DNA from: Clostridiales bacterium
GTDB lineage: Bacteria; Bacillota; Clostridia; Christensenellales; CAG-138
DNA: 24,000 bases
Direction: 5' to 3'
Assembly: GCA_004558825.1 (NCBI GenBank)
Contig: SFDB01000002.1
Coordinates: forward strand, 1 to 24,000
Shown here: positions 22,590-24,000 of the stretch, piece after piece
Position numbering within the stretch: the stretch's first letter is position 1
Layout of the letters: each line of letters begins with the position of its first letter
Made by a program: the position numbers and the translations under genes
The notes under the pieces: model-generated
What the model saw: the letters and a program-made list of their open reading frames with translations, nothing else
Told to the model about the DNA's origin: nothing
The model's database searches: none

Positions 22590-24000
22590 TCAGCCGTTGT
22601 GTGAATTGCGTGAAGCGTATTTTGAAAGCTTTATCGCCATATCCACCCCGCCGACGGTATACCCGCAGTAGCCGTATATGCCGCGAAAATCTCCGCTGAC
22701 GAGCGCGGTGACGGGAAAAACGCCGGGTTCTGAGAACATGCACCGAGCGAGAACGTTTTGCGCATTGTTTTCGTCAAAAAATACGCGCGCATTCGGGCAG
22801 CGCCGCAGAAATGTTTGAAGGGGCGGGTAGGATATTTGAGAGTGTTCACTAAGTACGAACACAATGTCAAAGCATGACAATGCATCGACGCTGCGTTCGA
22901 TAATTTCTGAGAGAAAATGCTCGGTGGGTTCTGCGCCAGTCTGCAAAAACGCGAAAAGCGTATTGCTTCCGTCGTGTACGAGCGATGAAGCATTTATGGG
23001 CTTGCCATCGTCTGAAAAGATGACAAAATCATCAAGCGGCAGCGATTGAAGCATGTCCTCCGCTTCTGCTTGAGGAAGCTCGATGTGTACGAGCCTTTGC
23101 TCACCCTCCGACAGCTCAAATTCGGTTACGTTCGCGAGCTGGCAGCCGTTTGGCAGCCTGTTTACGCATACGATTCTATACGCGCCCGCGGGAAGACAGA
23201 GCCTGTCGCGCTGAAAGAAACGGCGTCCTGAAAGTTCGAGAGGTACGAACGCATTTTCGCGCATCATACTTATGCCTATGTTCGTGCCGTATATGAAAAC
23301 GGGCGCGTTTTCATGAGAGCATTCGAAAACCACATGAGAAGGTATGGCGGCGCATCGTGCGGCTTTCCATACGCCGTTATCGTAGTATTCCGCATCGTGC
23401 GTGACGGTGGATAGGCGCGACGCTATTCCGAGTGAGCGCGCCAAGGCAACAAAAATCATATCGCAGCTTTGCGAGCCTACTGAGGCGGATATGTCGAAAA
23501 GGCGTTCGGAATCCGCATTATCGCTTATAAAGGAATAAATCAGTTCGGGACTCTCGGAAAACTCTTTGCGCTCATTCTCGGACAGCGCACTGAACAGAGC
23601 GCCGCGCCACGGGCGGAGCTGTTCTGTGCCTATCCGCGGAGAAAGTATATAGTTTATGAAAACATCGTCTGAAATTTTGCTGCGCATATAAAAGCTCATG
23701 GCGCGGACGAAATGATCGTTGAGTACATGTGACTTTGCGTCGCGCATATCCTTATCGCTGAGCGTTGAAAGCAGCCTAATCGCCCATGGAAGGAGCTCAT
23801 TTGACTGCATGGTAAGGAAATCGTTTATCTCATCGGCGTTGCCATAGGCATTTGCGATAAAACGCTCCGTGCCGTCTATGACGGAATGCGTTTTTTTGAA
23901 GTCGGAAAAAAATGAATTGACGCGGCTTGCACGCAGGGCGGAGGCGCTTTTCAGGCGTTCGCGGCAAAAAGCGACGGCTGCGGCGTTCGGTGTGCAGCGA
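22590..24000 (-). CDS. Transglutaminase-like (cysteine-protease-fold) domain protein, 5'-partial (open frame continues past the right edge)
   Basis: DDVFINYILSPRIGTEQLRPWR and GSQSCDMIFVALARSLGIASRL resemble the transglutaminase-core context (Cys nucleophile followed by R..GIP/A.R). The frame stays open from 23811 to 24000. The C-terminal ~200 aa are unassigned. Confidence 0.55.
   Translation of the reverse strand, partial: RCTPNAAAVAFCRERLKSASALRASRVNSFFSDFKKTHSVIDGTERFIANAYGNADEINDFLTMQSNELLPWAIRLLSTLSDKDMRDAKSHVLNDHFVRAMSFYMRSKISDDVFINYILSPRIGTEQLRPWRGALFSALSENERKEFSESPELIYSFISDNADSERLFDISASVGSQSCDMIFVALARSLGIASRLSTVTHDAEYYDNGVWKAARCAAIPSHVVFECSHENAPVFIYGTNIGISMMRENAFVPLELSGRRFFQRDRLCLPAGAYRIVCVNRLPNGCQLANVTEFELSEGEQRLVHIELPQAEAEDMLQSLPLDDFVIFSDDGKPINASSLVHDGSNTLFAFLQTGAEPTEHFLSEIIERSVDALSCFDIVFVLSEHSQISYPPLQTFLRRCPNARVFFDENNAQNVLARCMFSEPGVFPVTALVSGDFRGIYGYCGYTVGGVDMAIKLSKYASRNSHNG

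Noticed and set aside
1-24000. CRISPR arrays, rRNA/tRNA genes, reverse transcriptase/DGR or retron components
   Set aside because: I found no regularly spaced direct repeats, no rRNA- or tRNA-like sequence, and no RT-motif ORF on either strand.

Overview
The window has two parts. Positions 1-9456 are an accessory, mosaic region. It opens with abutting truncated genes: a SNF2-like helicase fragment, a type I restriction R-subunit (HsdR) fragment fused in frame to an HNH endonuclease tail, a P27-type small terminase joined directly to a 5'-truncated HK97-type major capsid gene, and the C-terminal tail of an IS1182/IS5-like transposase. An intact HTH-Fic gene sits inside this stretch. Next come three small cassettes separated by related AT-rich repeats and strong hairpins: an APH/CotS-like kinase with a DUF2087 protein, a frameshifted XRE-HTH/zinc-ribbon gene, and a translationally coupled XRE-TPR regulator with an ABC exporter. 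Positions 9457-24000 are ordinary Firmicutes/Clostridia-type core genome: a CDF transporter, ppa, the conserved plsX-acpP-rnc-smc-ftsY block, a GT2 glycosyltransferase, class II fba, DUF1292, and a cell-wall cluster (polysaccharide deacetylase, M23 peptidase, transglutaminase-like protein running off the right edge). Hand-counted Ile codon usage differs sharply between the two parts (ATA dominant in the core, rare in the island), which fits horizontal acquisition or a chimeric assembly. I found no CRISPR array, rRNA or tRNA, and no complete known defence system. The candidates most worth follow-up are the fragment junctions, the HTH-Fic moron, the RRNPP-like regulator/ABC pair, the A7 slippery-site frameshift, the cassette-flanking repeats, and an 11-bp inverted repeat bracketing the glycosyltransferase promoter. 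All protein calls rest on motif recognition by eye, not on database searches.
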